A stretch of DNA of 64,000 bases from a virus, in IMG/VR virus record IMGVR_UViG_3300048694_000674, positions 1-64,000 of that record; one strand, given 5' to 3'. The notes under the pieces were generated by a model that was not told where the DNA came from, did no database searches, and worked only from the letters and a program-made list of their open reading frames with translations. The translations under genes and the position numbers were made by a program. Shown here one piece after another: positions 53,253 to 64,000 of this stretch (the first letter of the stretch is position 1; each line of letters starts with the position of its first letter).

Positions 53253-55469
53253 ATGCAATTTAATATTGAAAAGAAAATATCAAATTTTGTCGAAAGCCAG
53301 TTTCCACAGTTCTATTTGGAAGATGGCCAAACATTTGTATTATTCGTCAAGGCATATTATGAGTGGCTAGAATCAGAAGGTCAGGCTGTTAATCAATCTC
53401 GTTCTCTTTTTGATCTTAGAGATATTGATAATACTCTCGATAGCTTTCTAGAACACTTTCAGAAGAAATATCTTTATGGTGTTCCTTTCAACGTTATCAT
53501 CAATAAAAGATTTTTGCTGAAACACATTCTTGACGTTTATCGTTCAAAAGGTTCTATTCAGTGTTATAAGCTGTTGTTCAAGCTTATCTACAATCAGGAC
53601 GTTGAAGTATACTTACCTGGTTATGATCTACTCAAGCCATCAGATGGTACATGGGTATTACCAGAATATCTCGAAGTAACAAACTCACCAGTACTAAAGA
53701 ATTATGTTGGTAAACAGATCGTTGGTATCTCATCGAACACTACAGCTGTTGTTGAGAATTATATTCAACAACCAATTAATGAAAACATATCAGCTTCTCT
53801 TATTATTTCAAACATTCTTCCTCGTGGTGGTGCATTTAACGTTGGCGAAGAAGTAATATTATCTACTGATACTGGTAATGCGAATATCGTCTTTACTGCA
53901 CCAAGAGTCGTTGGATCATTAGATAGCTTGAAGATCATTAATGGTGGTCAAAACTTTGCTGTTGGCGACATCATTAAGCTTGTTCATAGAGACCTAACAA
54001 ATAACGCAGTTGTTTCATATGGCGTAGATGGACTACTACGTGTAACAGGATTACAAAGACAACTTGGAGCTGTCAACTTCAATATCATCGATGGTGGTTT
54101 TGGATATGACGAAAATAACAAAGTATTTATTTATCGTGGTGATGGTGACACAACAGGAACAGGCGCTTCTTTTCAGATAGGCAGTCTTTCATATAATCAA
54201 TCACTAAAACATAATACTGATATTATCGCCGACTATGCCAATCTACAATTCAACGTAGCTGCATATAACTTCCCTGCTAATGTAACTGCAAATAGTATTT
54301 CGCTTATACAAAATGCATTGGCGTTCACGAACACAACATATGGTACGCTTGCAACTCTAAACAATGTGTTTACTGGGAATAATTATACACAAACGCCATT
54401 TGTTTTTGTTCGTTCTATTCAGGATTCAAGACTACCACTAGAAGGTAGCATTAGCTATACAACATCCTCTAATACGATAACAGGAACAAGCACTAGCTTT
54501 ACTTCTTATTTCGCAAATGGTGATGTTATTTGTTTACAGGCTGACTCTTCGAATAACTTGACAAGAGAATATCATATTATTAGAAATGTTATTAGTGATA
54601 CGAATATACTTCTTTATGGACATCCTACATATAACTCTGTAGCTAATGCATTTGTAAGAACAGCTCCTGTTGCATTGCCTTCTAATTTTGCTTTATATGA
54701 AGCGCCAATGTTCAGAGCGGATGGGAAAATAAACGGCGAAGATGAAATAATCTATAGCGATCCATCGAGCGGTAACAGTATTATTGCCACAACAACAGCC
54801 TATAATTCTGGTAAAGGATATGTTCAGGACGAAATAGTTCAAGCATATCTTTATTCTGGGTTAGCGCCAATAACGATAAACACTGGTGGATCAATGTACA
54901 TAAACAATGATCCTCTTGTAATTTCTGGTGGTGATTATACAACACCTGCATCTGGTTATGTAACAACTGATTCTTCTGGCGTTATTACTTCTGCGATTTT
55001 AAATTATAGTGGTTCTGGTTATAAGTCAATGCCAACAATATCTGTTAAATCAAGAACAGGTTCTGGCGCTGTATTAGAATCGTCAATCCTGGAATATAAT
55101 ACACAGAGTAAAGTGCTCGGTAAAGTAACAAAAAGAGGCGTTGGTATTGGTCAGGGATACTGGTCAACAACTCGTGGGTTCTTAAATTCTGACAAGTATA
55201 TTCAGGACAGTTATTTTTATCAGGATTTTTCTTATCAAATTAGAGTTGCCTCAACACTCGATAAATATAAGGAGATTCTTTATAACACCTTCCATACAGC
55301 TGGTACAGAATTGTTTGGTCAGTTTTATGATGTTATATTAGACGCTTCTATTGGTAAAATTAATTATGAAATGTCGTCAGCAATAGTTGCAACATTGATT
55401 ACTGTTGATACTAATAACCTTACTGCTGACAACGCTATTTCACCATCTGCGGACTCAGGATTGTTTTAA
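53253..55469 (+). CDS. 7: Baseplate wedge gp7-like
   Basis: QFP.F, AYYEWLE, YRSKGS, SDG.W, IQDSYFYQDFSY, HTAG. Confidence 0.8.
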   Translation: MQFNIEKKISNFVESQFPQFYLEDGQTFVLFVKAYYEWLESEGQAVNQSRSLFDLRDIDNTLDSFLEHFQKKYLYGVPFNVIINKRFLLKHILDVYRSKGSIQCYKLLFKLIYNQDVEVYLPGYDLLKPSDGTWVLPEYLEVTNSPVLKNYVGKQIVGISSNTTAVVENYIQQPINENISASLIISNILPRGGAFNVGEEVILSTDTGNANIVFTAPRVVGSLDSLKIINGGQNFAVGDIIKLVHRDLTNNAVVSYGVDGLLRVTGLQRQLGAVNFNIIDGGFGYDENNKVFIYRGDGDTTGTGASFQIGSLSYNQSLKHNTDIIADYANLQFNVAAYNFPANVTANSISLIQNALAFTNTTYGTLATLNNVFTGNNYTQTPFVFVRSIQDSRLPLEGSISYTTSSNTITGTSTSFTSYFANGDVICLQADSSNNLTREYHIIRNVISDTNILLYGHPTYNSVANAFVRTAPVALPSNFALYEAPMFRADGKINGEDEIIYSDPSSGNSIIATTTAYNSGKGYVQDEIVQAYLYSGLAPITINTGGSMYINNDPLVISGGDYTTPASGYVTTDSSGVITSAILNYSGSGYKSMPTISVKSRTGSGAVLESSILEYNTQSKVLGKVTKRGVGIGQGYWSTTRGFLNSDKYIQDSYFYQDFSYQIRVASTLDKYKEILYNTFHTAGTELFGQFYDVILDASIGKINYEMSSAIVATLITVDTNNLTADNAISPSADSGLF

Positions 55470-55484
55470 ATTGGAGAAATTTTC

Positions 55485-57614
55485 TTGTCACAAGTTATAA
55501 TCAATATTGGTAATGCTCCAAACGATGGAACAGGCGACGCTCTTCGCACAGCATTTGATAAGACAAACCAAAATTTTACAGATCTTTATGACACAATTAG
55601 CACAGTTACTAATGGTCTTGTCAATAGTTCGCAACTTTCTGCCAATCTAAGTAATTATCAAACTACTGCTGGTTTATCTGCTAACGTCGCAAAGCTTACT
55701 GCCAATACAACAACATTTGTTGGGTCAGTATCTGCAGCTAACGTTGTGTCTAATGCCCAACTCACTGCCAATCTCACAAATTATGCTCTATTATCAAATG
55801 CCAATTTTACAGCTAATGTTAATGTGACTGGTAGCGCAAATCTTAGCTTAGATCTTAATGTCGGTAGAAACCTGACTGTGGCTGGTAATCTTACAGTTAG
55901 TGGTAATACCTTCATTGTTGGTGCGAACAATCTAATCGTTCAAGACGCTGTTATTTCTCTTCATACAGCAGCCAATCTTGCTCCTCTTGTTTCAAATGAT
56001 GGTAAACTTGTTGGTGTTGCGTTCCATTATTATGATAGTTCAGATAAACAGGGTCTCCTGTCGCTCAATCAATCAAATGCATTCTTAACTTATTATAAAA
56101 CATCATCAGATGCATCTGTTGGTGATCCAGTAGGAAACACATTAGGAACAATTCAAGCTGATACATTCTATGCTGGTAATGGTTCTGTTTATGCAACAGT
56201 AAATTCTACAATTTATTCTGGAACTGCTAATAACGTAACATATGTAGGTAATGTAACTGCTGCTAACGTTGTATCGAATAATCAACTACAAGCTAATCTT
56301 GGTAACTACCAGACGACTGCAGGATTGAATACGAATATTGCTGCCTATCTTCCATTGTATAATGGTATAGTTAATGCAGCTTCTATCAATGTTGGTTCTT
56401 CATTTATTGCCAATAGTACACAAGTATCTCTTTCTAGCACACCACTATCAGCCAATGGTTCTAATGGAACTTCTGGTTATGTGCTGACTTCCAATGGTTC
56501 CACTGGCTCTCCATATTGGCAGTCGATGGGTTCTGTTGGTGTCAATACTTCTGCTCAGTATACTTGGACAAATACTATATTCTATGCCAACAATATACAA
56601 GTGCTTGGTAACAATAGTCTAATCGTTAATGCTGGTGCAAAAATTATTGACTCTGTTGGTTCTCAAGGTACTGCTGGGCAGGTTCTTACATCAAATGGTG
56701 CAGGTAATGTTTATTGGGCAGCTGCGGCTGCTGGTGTAAACTCAGCAGCCCAGTATACTTGGACCAATACTCATACATTCTCAAATACAGTAACCATCAA
56801 TAACAATCTATATGCTAATGTTGTAAATGCTACATCATATAATACTGGTACGATCTATGGCACAACGCTTGGTGGTTTCTTAGCTAATACTACATTTATG
56901 GGTATTGGTAACTCTGCTACTAACGTTGCGATCAACACAACAGCAATTTCGATCGGTGGTGGCGCTGCGACACTGAATAGCACAGTATATACTGGCACAT
57001 CAAATAATGCATCATATCTTGGCGGTAGTTTAAACTTTTCAGCTAACTCTTCTCAGCTTACTTTAAATACAATACCTTTTTCTGCTAATGGTGGAAAGGG
57101 TAGCGCTGGGCAGGTTCTTACATCAAATGGTTCTACTGGTTCACCATATTGGTCAACAATATCGACTAACGTTTCAGCTCAATATGCATGGACCAATACA
57201 CAAACATTTTCTAACACAGTAACATTCAGCGCAAATATTGACCTGAGCGGTAGCACTATTCAAAACTACCAGGAATATGCTAACGGTTATGTCAATACAG
57301 GAACTGCTATTACTGTTTCAGCTAATAGTAATATCGTAAGATATACACTAACAAATAATTGTACAATTACACTGCCTTCTGGGCAGCCTACTGGCACAAA
57401 TGCTATGAAGAGTATTGTTGTTATGTTAAAACAAGATGCGACTGGCGGTCGTACTATGGCATTTGCTGCTCCATCTGGTCAATCAATCAAATATAATAAT
57501 TCTGCAACTCAGCCAGCAGTGGTTAGTGATGCAAATAAAGTTACAATTTATGTTTGTCAGAAATACGACGGCGATACGGCATGGTACATTTCATTATCGT
57601 ACATCGATGCGTAG
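55485..57614 (+). CDS. Tail fibre protein with gp9/gp10-like N-terminus
   Basis: INIG.APNDGTGD.LR.AF.K.N.NF; repeats NYQTTAGL and G.VLTSNG....YW...SAQY.WTNT. Confidence 0.8.
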   Translation: MSQVIINIGNAPNDGTGDALRTAFDKTNQNFTDLYDTISTVTNGLVNSSQLSANLSNYQTTAGLSANVAKLTANTTTFVGSVSAANVVSNAQLTANLTNYALLSNANFTANVNVTGSANLSLDLNVGRNLTVAGNLTVSGNTFIVGANNLIVQDAVISLHTAANLAPLVSNDGKLVGVAFHYYDSSDKQGLLSLNQSNAFLTYYKTSSDASVGDPVGNTLGTIQADTFYAGNGSVYATVNSTIYSGTANNVTYVGNVTAANVVSNNQLQANLGNYQTTAGLNTNIAAYLPLYNGIVNAASINVGSSFIANSTQVSLSSTPLSANGSNGTSGYVLTSNGSTGSPYWQSMGSVGVNTSAQYTWTNTIFYANNIQVLGNNSLIVNAGAKIIDSVGSQGTAGQVLTSNGAGNVYWAAAAAGVNSAAQYTWTNTHTFSNTVTINNNLYANVVNATSYNTGTIYGTTLGGFLANTTFMGIGNSATNVAINTTAISIGGGAATLNSTVYTGTSNNASYLGGSLNFSANSSQLTLNTIPFSANGGKGSAGQVLTSNGSTGSPYWSTISTNVSAQYAWTNTQTFSNTVTFSANIDLSGSTIQNYQEYANGYVNTGTAITVSANSNIVRYTLTNNCTITLPSGQPTGTNAMKSIVVMLKQDATGGRTMAFAAPSGQSIKYNNSATQPAVVSDANKVTIYVCQKYDGDTAWYISLSYIDA

Positions 57615-57652
57615 CTCTGATAAATATCGATAAAGTATAGCGGAGAAATTAG

Positions 57653-58039
57653 TTGGCACTACAGACTGTTAATATTGGTTCTGCACCTAATGATGGAACT
57701 GGCGATCCGCTGCGTACAGCATTCGATAAGTCGAATCAAAATTTTATTGAGCTTTATTCAAATATGATTGTTGCTAATACAGCAAAATCAGCTAATGGAT
57801 ATGTTTGGCTTTCTAATAATGTATTAATACAATGGGGAACTGTACTAGCTAATACTACAACAGGTAATGCTACATTTTCGGCTGCATTCCCAAATGGATG
57901 TGAATCGGTTACACTTTCTGTTATTGGTTCAGCTAATGTTGCTTACCAATCAACAGCACCGAATACTACTGTTGCGACAATCAGAACTAGCTCGACAACA
58001 ACTGCTATCAGCGTAAATTACATTGCTGTAGGATATTAA
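57653..58039 (+). CDS. Short fibre/baseplate appendage
   Basis: Same NDGTGD N-terminus; GY..L....LIQWG...F...FPN...YIAVGY fibre-tip motif. Confidence 0.75.
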   Translation: MALQTVNIGSAPNDGTGDPLRTAFDKSNQNFIELYSNMIVANTAKSANGYVWLSNNVLIQWGTVLANTTTGNATFSAAFPNGCESVTLSVIGSANVAYQSTAPNTTVATIRTSSTTTAISVNYIAVGY

Positions 58040-58048
58040 GGAACTAAG

Positions 58049-59599
58049 ATGGGCGAATTTTTACCGAGTTATAAAAAGGCAATTATTGACGAGTTGATCA
58101 CGAGTATTGCATCAAATACTTCGCAGTATTACTCGTTCGCTTCGAATCCTGTTCCTTTCATTGGTCCAGTTCCTCCAATTACAAATACAGAATATAGCAC
58201 TACATTTACTAACAACTGGCAAATGATTTTCGGTAAAAGACTTACTAGCTCAGATTTGTCTCCTATGATTATCAATAATCAATGGGCTGCTAATACTGTT
58301 TATGCCATGTACGATAATACCAATTCTCAATATTCAACAACAAATAGTAGCTTTTATGTGATTACTCCTCCCGCAGTTTATGGTGGAGCATATGAAGTTT
58401 ACAAGTGTCTTAATAATGCAAACAACTTGCCATCAACAGTATTACCATCACAGAAATCGCCGCCATCTTCATTTACAACATCTGATGGATATATTTGGAA
58501 GTATATGACTTCAATTCCTGCAGCAACATATGGTAAATTTGCTGTTGACAAATATGCTCCTCTATCGATTAATGCTACCTCTGTTGCAGTTGCATATAAT
58601 TACAGCGGTGTAGATGTTGTTATGATTAATAGCGGCGGTTCAGGCTATATTTCAGTTGCTAATGGTGTTGTTCAGGGCAAATCAAACTCTACATATATTC
58701 AAATTCAAACTGCAAATACTTCTGGTGTTAACGATTTCTATACAAAGAATGCCATTTACTTTGAGAATCCAGGATCATCTACATCCCAGCTAAGAAGAAT
58801 TGTAAAGTATGAGTCTGTTCTTGGTGCTAATTATGTTACTGTCGACACACCTCTTGATCTTACTAAAATTACTGCTGGTGGTACATTATACACTATTTCT
58901 CCTGCTGTTGTCTTTAACACAGATGGGGTTGTTGACCCAAAAGGTTATACAGTAATTAATACTGAAAACTATTCTATCGCCAACGTTGTTATTATTGAAC
59001 CTGGATATGGTGTATCTTGGGCTAATGTATCAATTCAAAGTAATACTAGCTATGGAACTGGTGCTAATGTTTATGCGATTGTGCCACCTCCAGGCGGTCA
59101 TGGTTCTAATCCAACATCAGAATTAAATGTTACTGCTTATGGTATAGCTTTCCATTATGCTAACAGCGAGTTAAGCACAATCCCAACAAATGTTACCTAT
59201 AATAAAATTGGATTGTTAAAGAATCCATTCGAAAGTAATACATCTGGTGGTAAAACATTAACTCCATATTCAGCAACTACATTCAATTGTATTTTTAATG
59301 CTAACGTTTCTCCTGCTCTGACATTTAGTGTTGGTGAAGTTGTTACAGGAGGTACTAGTGGAGCTTTGGGAACTGTAGCATTTTCAAACTCTACAGTTGT
59401 ATATCTGACAGGCGACAAGAACTTTATCGATAGCGAATATATTGTTTCAGCGAACGGAACAGCGACTACACAGATATCGATAAATAGTAGAGGTCAAATA
59501 TACACAAAAGATTTAACTCCACTTTATGTACAAAACATTACTAATGTGACTCGCGACCCACTCAATTCAGAGTCATTTAAATTTATAATTCAGGTATAA
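58049..59599 (+). CDS. 8: Baseplate wedge gp8
   Basis: VYKCLNN, DGYIWKYM, PPGGHG. Confidence 0.85.
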   Translation: MGEFLPSYKKAIIDELITSIASNTSQYYSFASNPVPFIGPVPPITNTEYSTTFTNNWQMIFGKRLTSSDLSPMIINNQWAANTVYAMYDNTNSQYSTTNSSFYVITPPAVYGGAYEVYKCLNNANNLPSTVLPSQKSPPSSFTTSDGYIWKYMTSIPAATYGKFAVDKYAPLSINATSVAVAYNYSGVDVVMINSGGSGYISVANGVVQGKSNSTYIQIQTANTSGVNDFYTKNAIYFENPGSSTSQLRRIVKYESVLGANYVTVDTPLDLTKITAGGTLYTISPAVVFNTDGVVDPKGYTVINTENYSIANVVIIEPGYGVSWANVSIQSNTSYGTGANVYAIVPPPGGHGSNPTSELNVTAYGIAFHYANSELSTIPTNVTYNKIGLLKNPFESNTSGGKTLTPYSATTFNCIFNANVSPALTFSVGEVVTGGTSGALGTVAFSNSTVVYLTGDKNFIDSEYIVSANGTATTQISINSRGQIYTKDLTPLYVQNITNVTRDPLNSESFKFIIQV

Positions 59600-59611
59600 C
59601 AGGAACCAGAA

Positions 59612-62600
59612 ATGCCAATTAAAACTGATCTAAACGTATCACCTTTCTTTGATGATTATAAGGCTAATAGCGAATACTATCGTATTCTGTTTAGACCATC
59701 AGTTCCTGTACAGGCAAGAGAGCTTACTCAAGTTCAATCTATGATGCAGAATCAGATTGAACAATTCGCTTCTAACTTCGCATATAAGAGTGGTGATATT
59801 GTAAAAGACTGCAGTATCGTTGATATTCCTATTATGCCTTATCTTCGTTTAGACGATTTTCAAACAAACGGCGCATCATTCGATGTTTTTTCACTCGTCA
59901 ACACACAGGTTATTAGTGCTAGTTCTAACTTGGCAGCTCGTGTTGTTGTTGCAAATAGTGGTCTAGCTTCAAACTATCCAAATACAAATGTTGTTTATGT
60001 TACATATGGTAGCGTGGGTCAGGCTGTAGGCGCTAATGGCGAACTTATTTTCTCTAATAATGACACATTTACCTTCAGAAAACTGCCATTGACAGGTAAC
60101 GATACGATTGATATCATTGCTGTCGTTAATGCCTATGCAAATGCGACAGCAAACACATATACAACTGGTAATGCGCATGCTATCACAGTAAGCTCTGGTA
60201 TTGTTTATCTGAACGGTCAGTTTGTTACAATCAATAGCCCAATTACTGGGCTCGTTAATAACTTTGGTGTATATGCTGGTAACAACGTTGTTGGCTTCGA
60301 ACTGAATGAATCAATCGTAACAGAAAATCAGGATACATCGCTACTTGATAATGCTCTTGGATATTCAAACGAAAATGCTCCTGGCGCATGGAGATTGAAG
60401 CTCAATGCTTCTATTGCTTCTTATGATCCAGGTTCGGCTCCAAACAATTTCGTTTCGTTTGCCAACTATAACTTCGGCAAGTATGTAGCGAAACAACCTA
60501 TTATCGATGTTAATGCAACCGTTGGGACAGCGATATCAAAAACTCTCTATGAAACATCTGGTAATTATGTTCTAAATCCGTTTACTCTTGACACAGTAAC
60601 AAATACAGGCGACCCAAACAGAGCTCCATCAAATGCTAATACAGTATTGGGTAGAGTGAGCACTGGTGTTGGATATGCTCAGGGTAACAGAATTGAGTTT
60701 TTTGCAACTCAGTATATTAATATGCGTCGTGGTGTTGATACGCTTGTTAAAAAAGAACAACAGATTTCATTTGCCTATGGTGGCTATTATATTCTAACTG
60801 AAGTTGCTGGCGGTTTTGCTTTCGCAAATGCTCAAACTGTCAATCTTTACGATCAACCACAAAAAGCAGTTACAAGCTATAAATTCTCATCATTAACACC
60901 AGCTGGTAATATTATTGGTACTGCTTCTGTAAGATCATTCATACAGGCTAGTGGTACTCCTGGAACAAATACAGCTCAGTATTATCTTCACGTATTCAAC
61001 ATTCAAATGAATAGTGGATATAACACTTCTGATATTAAATCAGTTTATTATGATGGACCTTCATTTAAGGGTGTTGGTGACGTAAAATCAAATGGATTGG
61101 TTGGAACAAATACGAAAGACTTACTCTTTTCATTCGGTTCCAGAGGATTGAAGAATCTAAAAGATTCAGCTAATAACAATAATACTCAATACACATACCG
61201 TACAAGCAAAACATCTACTATGAATTCTAGTGGTGTTGTTGTTATCAATCCAATTGCCACATCACAGCCAGGAGGTACAGATATCCTCCCGTTCGGCAGC
61301 GGTATTACTCTGACAGATACAGAAGCTGCAACAATCGATTTGATTGTCACAGCAAATGCTGATTCTTCTGCGTTATCTGGTACAGTAACAACATACACTG
61401 GTAATACATTAGTTCTTGGTTCTGGTACTTCGTTCACAACCAAGTTTGCTATCGGCGATCAGATTAAGGTACAAAACAGCAGCGCAAACGCTGTCAGAAC
61501 AGTTGTTGGTATCGTAGACAATACACATCTAAATGTTGATGCAGTATTTGGTGACGGCGCTTCTGGCAAAACATTCTACAAGGCGTATATTGCTGGTAAA
61601 ATTATTCCGCTAATTCAAAACCCACAGTATGGACCAGCTGGTAATGTAACAATTGCTGCAGCTAATACTACTGCATTTACAATCAATAGCGGACAGTTCC
61701 CAAGTGGCACAGTTGCTGTCGATGTTGTTTATAACGTATTGAGAACTGTTACATCACCAGCCAAGAAAGAAATTAAAAAGAACAGACTGGTAAAAATTAA
61801 TACTGCGACAAATGCTGGTGGAACAAAAGGACCATGGAGTTTAGGTTTCAGTGACATCCATCAGATCCGCGCTGTATATGGTTCTAACACAGGTTCTTAT
61901 GCTATCAGTGGTGATGGTATTGCTGATATCACATCGAGCTTTGTTTTCGATACAGGTCAGAAAGACACTCATTATGATATCGGTAAGTTATATGTAAAGG
62001 GTGGATATGACTCAACGACATATCCATTGCTGCTTGTTGAGCTTGACTATTTCTCACCAAACACATCAACTGGTTGCGGTTTCTTTACAGTAGAATCATA
62101 TAACATTGACGATGCCAATACGGGTAATACCACAGCTATTCAAACCAAGGATATCCCTCTTTATATTGATGAAAAGGGTAATAAGATTTGGTTGAGAGAT
62201 TATGTTGATTTCAGAACACCTGCAACAAATACTGCTAATAATACTGGCAATATTTCTGTCTATTACGATAACGTATCTCAATCTTGGTTAGCAAACACTT
62301 CTGAGCTAACAACTGCAGTAAGTTATGCTACTGTAAATCCATCAAGCACTCTAGCATTCAACATCCCATCAGGTGGTTTGAATGTTCCTGCTTATGGCGA
62401 AAATTTCCAATCTGATTATACAATTTATCTTGGAAGAAGAGATCTTGTTTATGTATCTCCGCAAAACAATGGCACACTTTATGTCAAGGAAGGCGTTTCC
62501 TCTGAAACTCCACAACAACCATTGTTCCCAGATAACGGTATGGCTCTGAGTGTATTCAATATTCCTCCATATCCTTCATTATCAACAGATCAGATTGACG

Positions 62601-63550
62601 AAGATCAAGCTACAAACAGAACATCTATCAATCTAATTAGAGATACATCTACTGCGATATCAACTAGCTTAGTAACAAATAGACGTTACACAATGCAAGA
62701 CATTGGTAAGCTAGATAATCGTATTACGAATCTTGAATACTACACACAGTTAAGTTTGCTACAACAGAAAGTTAACAATCTAACAATTACTGATTCAAAC
62801 GGTCTAAATCGATTCAAAAACGGTATTTTTGTTGAATCTTTCAATGACTTCCAGAAAAGCGATGTTTCTAATCCAGAATATAAATTTGCTATCGATTTTG
62901 CTAACGCAAAAGGTCGCCCAAGATTCTTTACTGAAACAATTGAATTGGTATATAATGGCGCTGGTTCTGCTAACGTTCAACAGACTGGTAACTTTATCAC
63001 ATTACCATATACAGAAATCAATCTTGTAACTCAGCCATATGCAACAAAATATAGAGCTCCTGCGCATGCTGCAAGAGCATGGTTTGGTCATATCGATTTG
63101 TTCCCATCATATAGCGCTGACGTAGATACTAAGAATACAGCATCTGTAAATATGACTAATGATAATGCAAAACCATATCAAGACTTTGCTCAAACACCAT
63201 TTGCAACAACATATGGCACACCAAGAACCACAACATCAACAACTTCTAGTACAGTTACAACAGGTTCAGTTGAAAATATCACTCAGACAAAAACAGTTGA
63301 TAGATATATTGATAGCACAGTTGTTGTTCCAGGAACTACACAAACTCAAAATATATACATAAGTCTTCCTGGAGGAGGCACAGGTGTAGATTATCAAGCT
63401 ACTTTCAATAGTTGGATTAATGGAGATGTTGCTGTTCCTTTACAATATGTACAGGGTGGATTGCCAAATCAGGGGTTTGGACCAGGAGCTGTAATTGGTA
63501 ATGTGACTGTTAATGAACCAACTCGTATAGTTGAAGACGGATTAAATTGA
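59612..63550 (+). CDS. Large virion structural protein (DUF4815/VrlC-like), N-part
   Basis: PFFDDY..YRILFRP...QARELTQ.Q; RRYTM.DIGKL..RI.NLEYYT.LS; RFKNGIFV. Confidence 0.85.
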   Translation: MPIKTDLNVSPFFDDYKANSEYYRILFRPSVPVQARELTQVQSMMQNQIEQFASNFAYKSGDIVKDCSIVDIPIMPYLRLDDFQTNGASFDVFSLVNTQVISASSNLAARVVVANSGLASNYPNTNVVYVTYGSVGQAVGANGELIFSNNDTFTFRKLPLTGNDTIDIIAVVNAYANATANTYTTGNAHAITVSSGIVYLNGQFVTINSPITGLVNNFGVYAGNNVVGFELNESIVTENQDTSLLDNALGYSNENAPGAWRLKLNASIASYDPGSAPNNFVSFANYNFGKYVAKQPIIDVNATVGTAISKTLYETSGNYVLNPFTLDTVTNTGDPNRAPSNANTVLGRVSTGVGYAQGNRIEFFATQYINMRRGVDTLVKKEQQISFAYGGYYILTEVAGGFAFANAQTVNLYDQPQKAVTSYKFSSLTPAGNIIGTASVRSFIQASGTPGTNTAQYYLHVFNIQMNSGYNTSDIKSVYYDGPSFKGVGDVKSNGLVGTNTKDLLFSFGSRGLKNLKDSANNNNTQYTYRTSKTSTMNSSGVVVINPIATSQPGGTDILPFGSGITLTDTEAATIDLIVTANADSSALSGTVTTYTGNTLVLGSGTSFTTKFAIGDQIKVQNSSANAVRTVVGIVDNTHLNVDAVFGDGASGKTFYKAYIAGKIIPLIQNPQYGPAGNVTIAAANTTAFTINSGQFPSGTVAVDVVYNVLRTVTSPAKKEIKKNRLVKINTATNAGGTKGPWSLGFSDIHQIRAVYGSNTGSYAISGDGIADITSSFVFDTGQKDTHYDIGKLYVKGGYDSTTYPLLLVELDYFSPNTSTGCGFFTVESYNIDDANTGNTTAIQTKDIPLYIDEKGNKIWLRDYVDFRTPATNTANNTGNISVYYDNVSQSWLANTSELTTAVSYATVNPSSTLAFNIPSGGLNVPAYGENFQSDYTIYLGRRDLVYVSPQNNGTLYVKEGVSSETPQQPLFPDNGMALSVFNIPPYPSLSTDQIDEDQATNRTSINLIRDTSTAISTSLVTNRRYTMQDIGKLDNRITNLEYYTQLSLLQQKVNNLTITDSNGLNRFKNGIFVESFNDFQKSDVSNPEYKFAIDFANAKGRPRFFTETIELVYNGAGSANVQQTGNFITLPYTEINLVTQPYATKYRAPAHAARAWFGHIDLFPSYSADVDTKNTASVNMTNDNAKPYQDFAQTPFATTYGTPRTTTSTTSSTVTTGSVENITQTKTVDRYIDSTVVVPGTTQTQNIYISLPGGGTGVDYQATFNSWINGDVAVPLQYVQGGLPNQGFGPGAVIGNVTVNEPTRIVEDGLN

Positions 63551-63566
63551 TTTTAGGAGAAATACT

Positions 63567-64000
63567 TTGGCTGAGTTAAATACTACAACTACTACTCAAA
63601 CTTCTACAACAGCGCAAGATGTTACTAATTTAGTAGTTAGTACACAAACCAGCACACAAACTGTTGGCAATTATGTAACAGATGTATCAATAAATCCATA
63701 CATCAAGTCTCAAACCATTTATTTTTCTGCATACAATCTACGTCCAGGGCAAACGATCCATGCGTTTTTTGACAAAGTTTTAGTTGATCAATATTGCGCT
63801 CCAGGCGATCCTAGCAACCCATCAGTAGATAGTAATGGTTTAAAAACATTTCCTCTAACAGCAGCATTTGGTTCTCCTCTTGTTGTTGACAGTAAAGGAC
63901 GTCTTGCTGGCGCTTTCACAATTCCTGAAGGAATGTTCAAAACAGGAGATAGAACATTCGAATTAGCTGATGCTGATAATCTAGCAGCAGCTGCAGACGC
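63567..64000 (+). CDS. Virion structural protein, DUF4815-like continuation (3' partial)
   Basis: AGGAG SD, TTG start; VTDVSINPYIKSQ...LRP...FFD...F.IP...F.TG.R.F.L.D. Confidence 0.75.
   Translation, partial: MAELNTTTTTQTSTTAQDVTNLVVSTQTSTQTVGNYVTDVSINPYIKSQTIYFSAYNLRPGQTIHAFFDKVLVDQYCAPGDPSNPSVDSNGLKTFPLTAAFGSPLVVDSKGRLAGAFTIPEGMFKTGDRTFELADADNLAAAAD

Noticed and set aside
55485-58039. Diversity-generating retroelement in fibre genes
   Set aside because: Repeats are ordinary fibre modules; no reverse transcriptase or adenine-specific TR/VR pair seen
1-64000. Stop-codon reassignment
   Set aside because: Core genes are full length in the standard code, and TAA, TGA and TAG all appear to terminate genes

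Overview
This is a 64-kb segment of a large, AT-rich T4-like myophage genome read in the standard genetic code. The probable host is an alphaproteobacterium, based on a permuted two-piece tmRNA with a GGCAGUA T-loop. Left to right: the start of a GIY-YIG homing endonuclease and an orphan ThyX C-terminal fragment; a late-promoter operon of csgF, csgG, a curlin-like gene, a FecR-domain gene, a small curlin-like gene and a CHASE2 adenylate cyclase, abutted by convergent membrane-protein genes; nrdA/nrdB/pstS; tRNAs and an HNH endonuclease; a duplicated fragment of the major capsid protein; exported cell-wall hydrolases; clpP, an aminoacyl-tRNA-protein transferase-like gene and a nucleotidyltransferase; a heptose/glycosylation cluster; rnh, phoH and an exonuclease; an early region with strong sigma70 promoters and IHF-like sites; a candidate ncRNA, the tmRNA and tRNA-Arg; genes 33, 59 and 32; then tail and baseplate genes. 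Top leads: (1) the curli-pore/FecR/CHASE2-cyclase module as a possible trans-envelope signalling system; (2) a start-less ORF reachable by -1 frameshift from the gp26/gp51-family gene next to the tape-measure-like genes; (3) a tandemly duplicated Gol-region capsid fragment; (4) a possible phage protein-degradation toolkit; (5) the heptose pathway; (6) an unassigned structured RNA. All calls come from motif recognition by eye; no searches were run.
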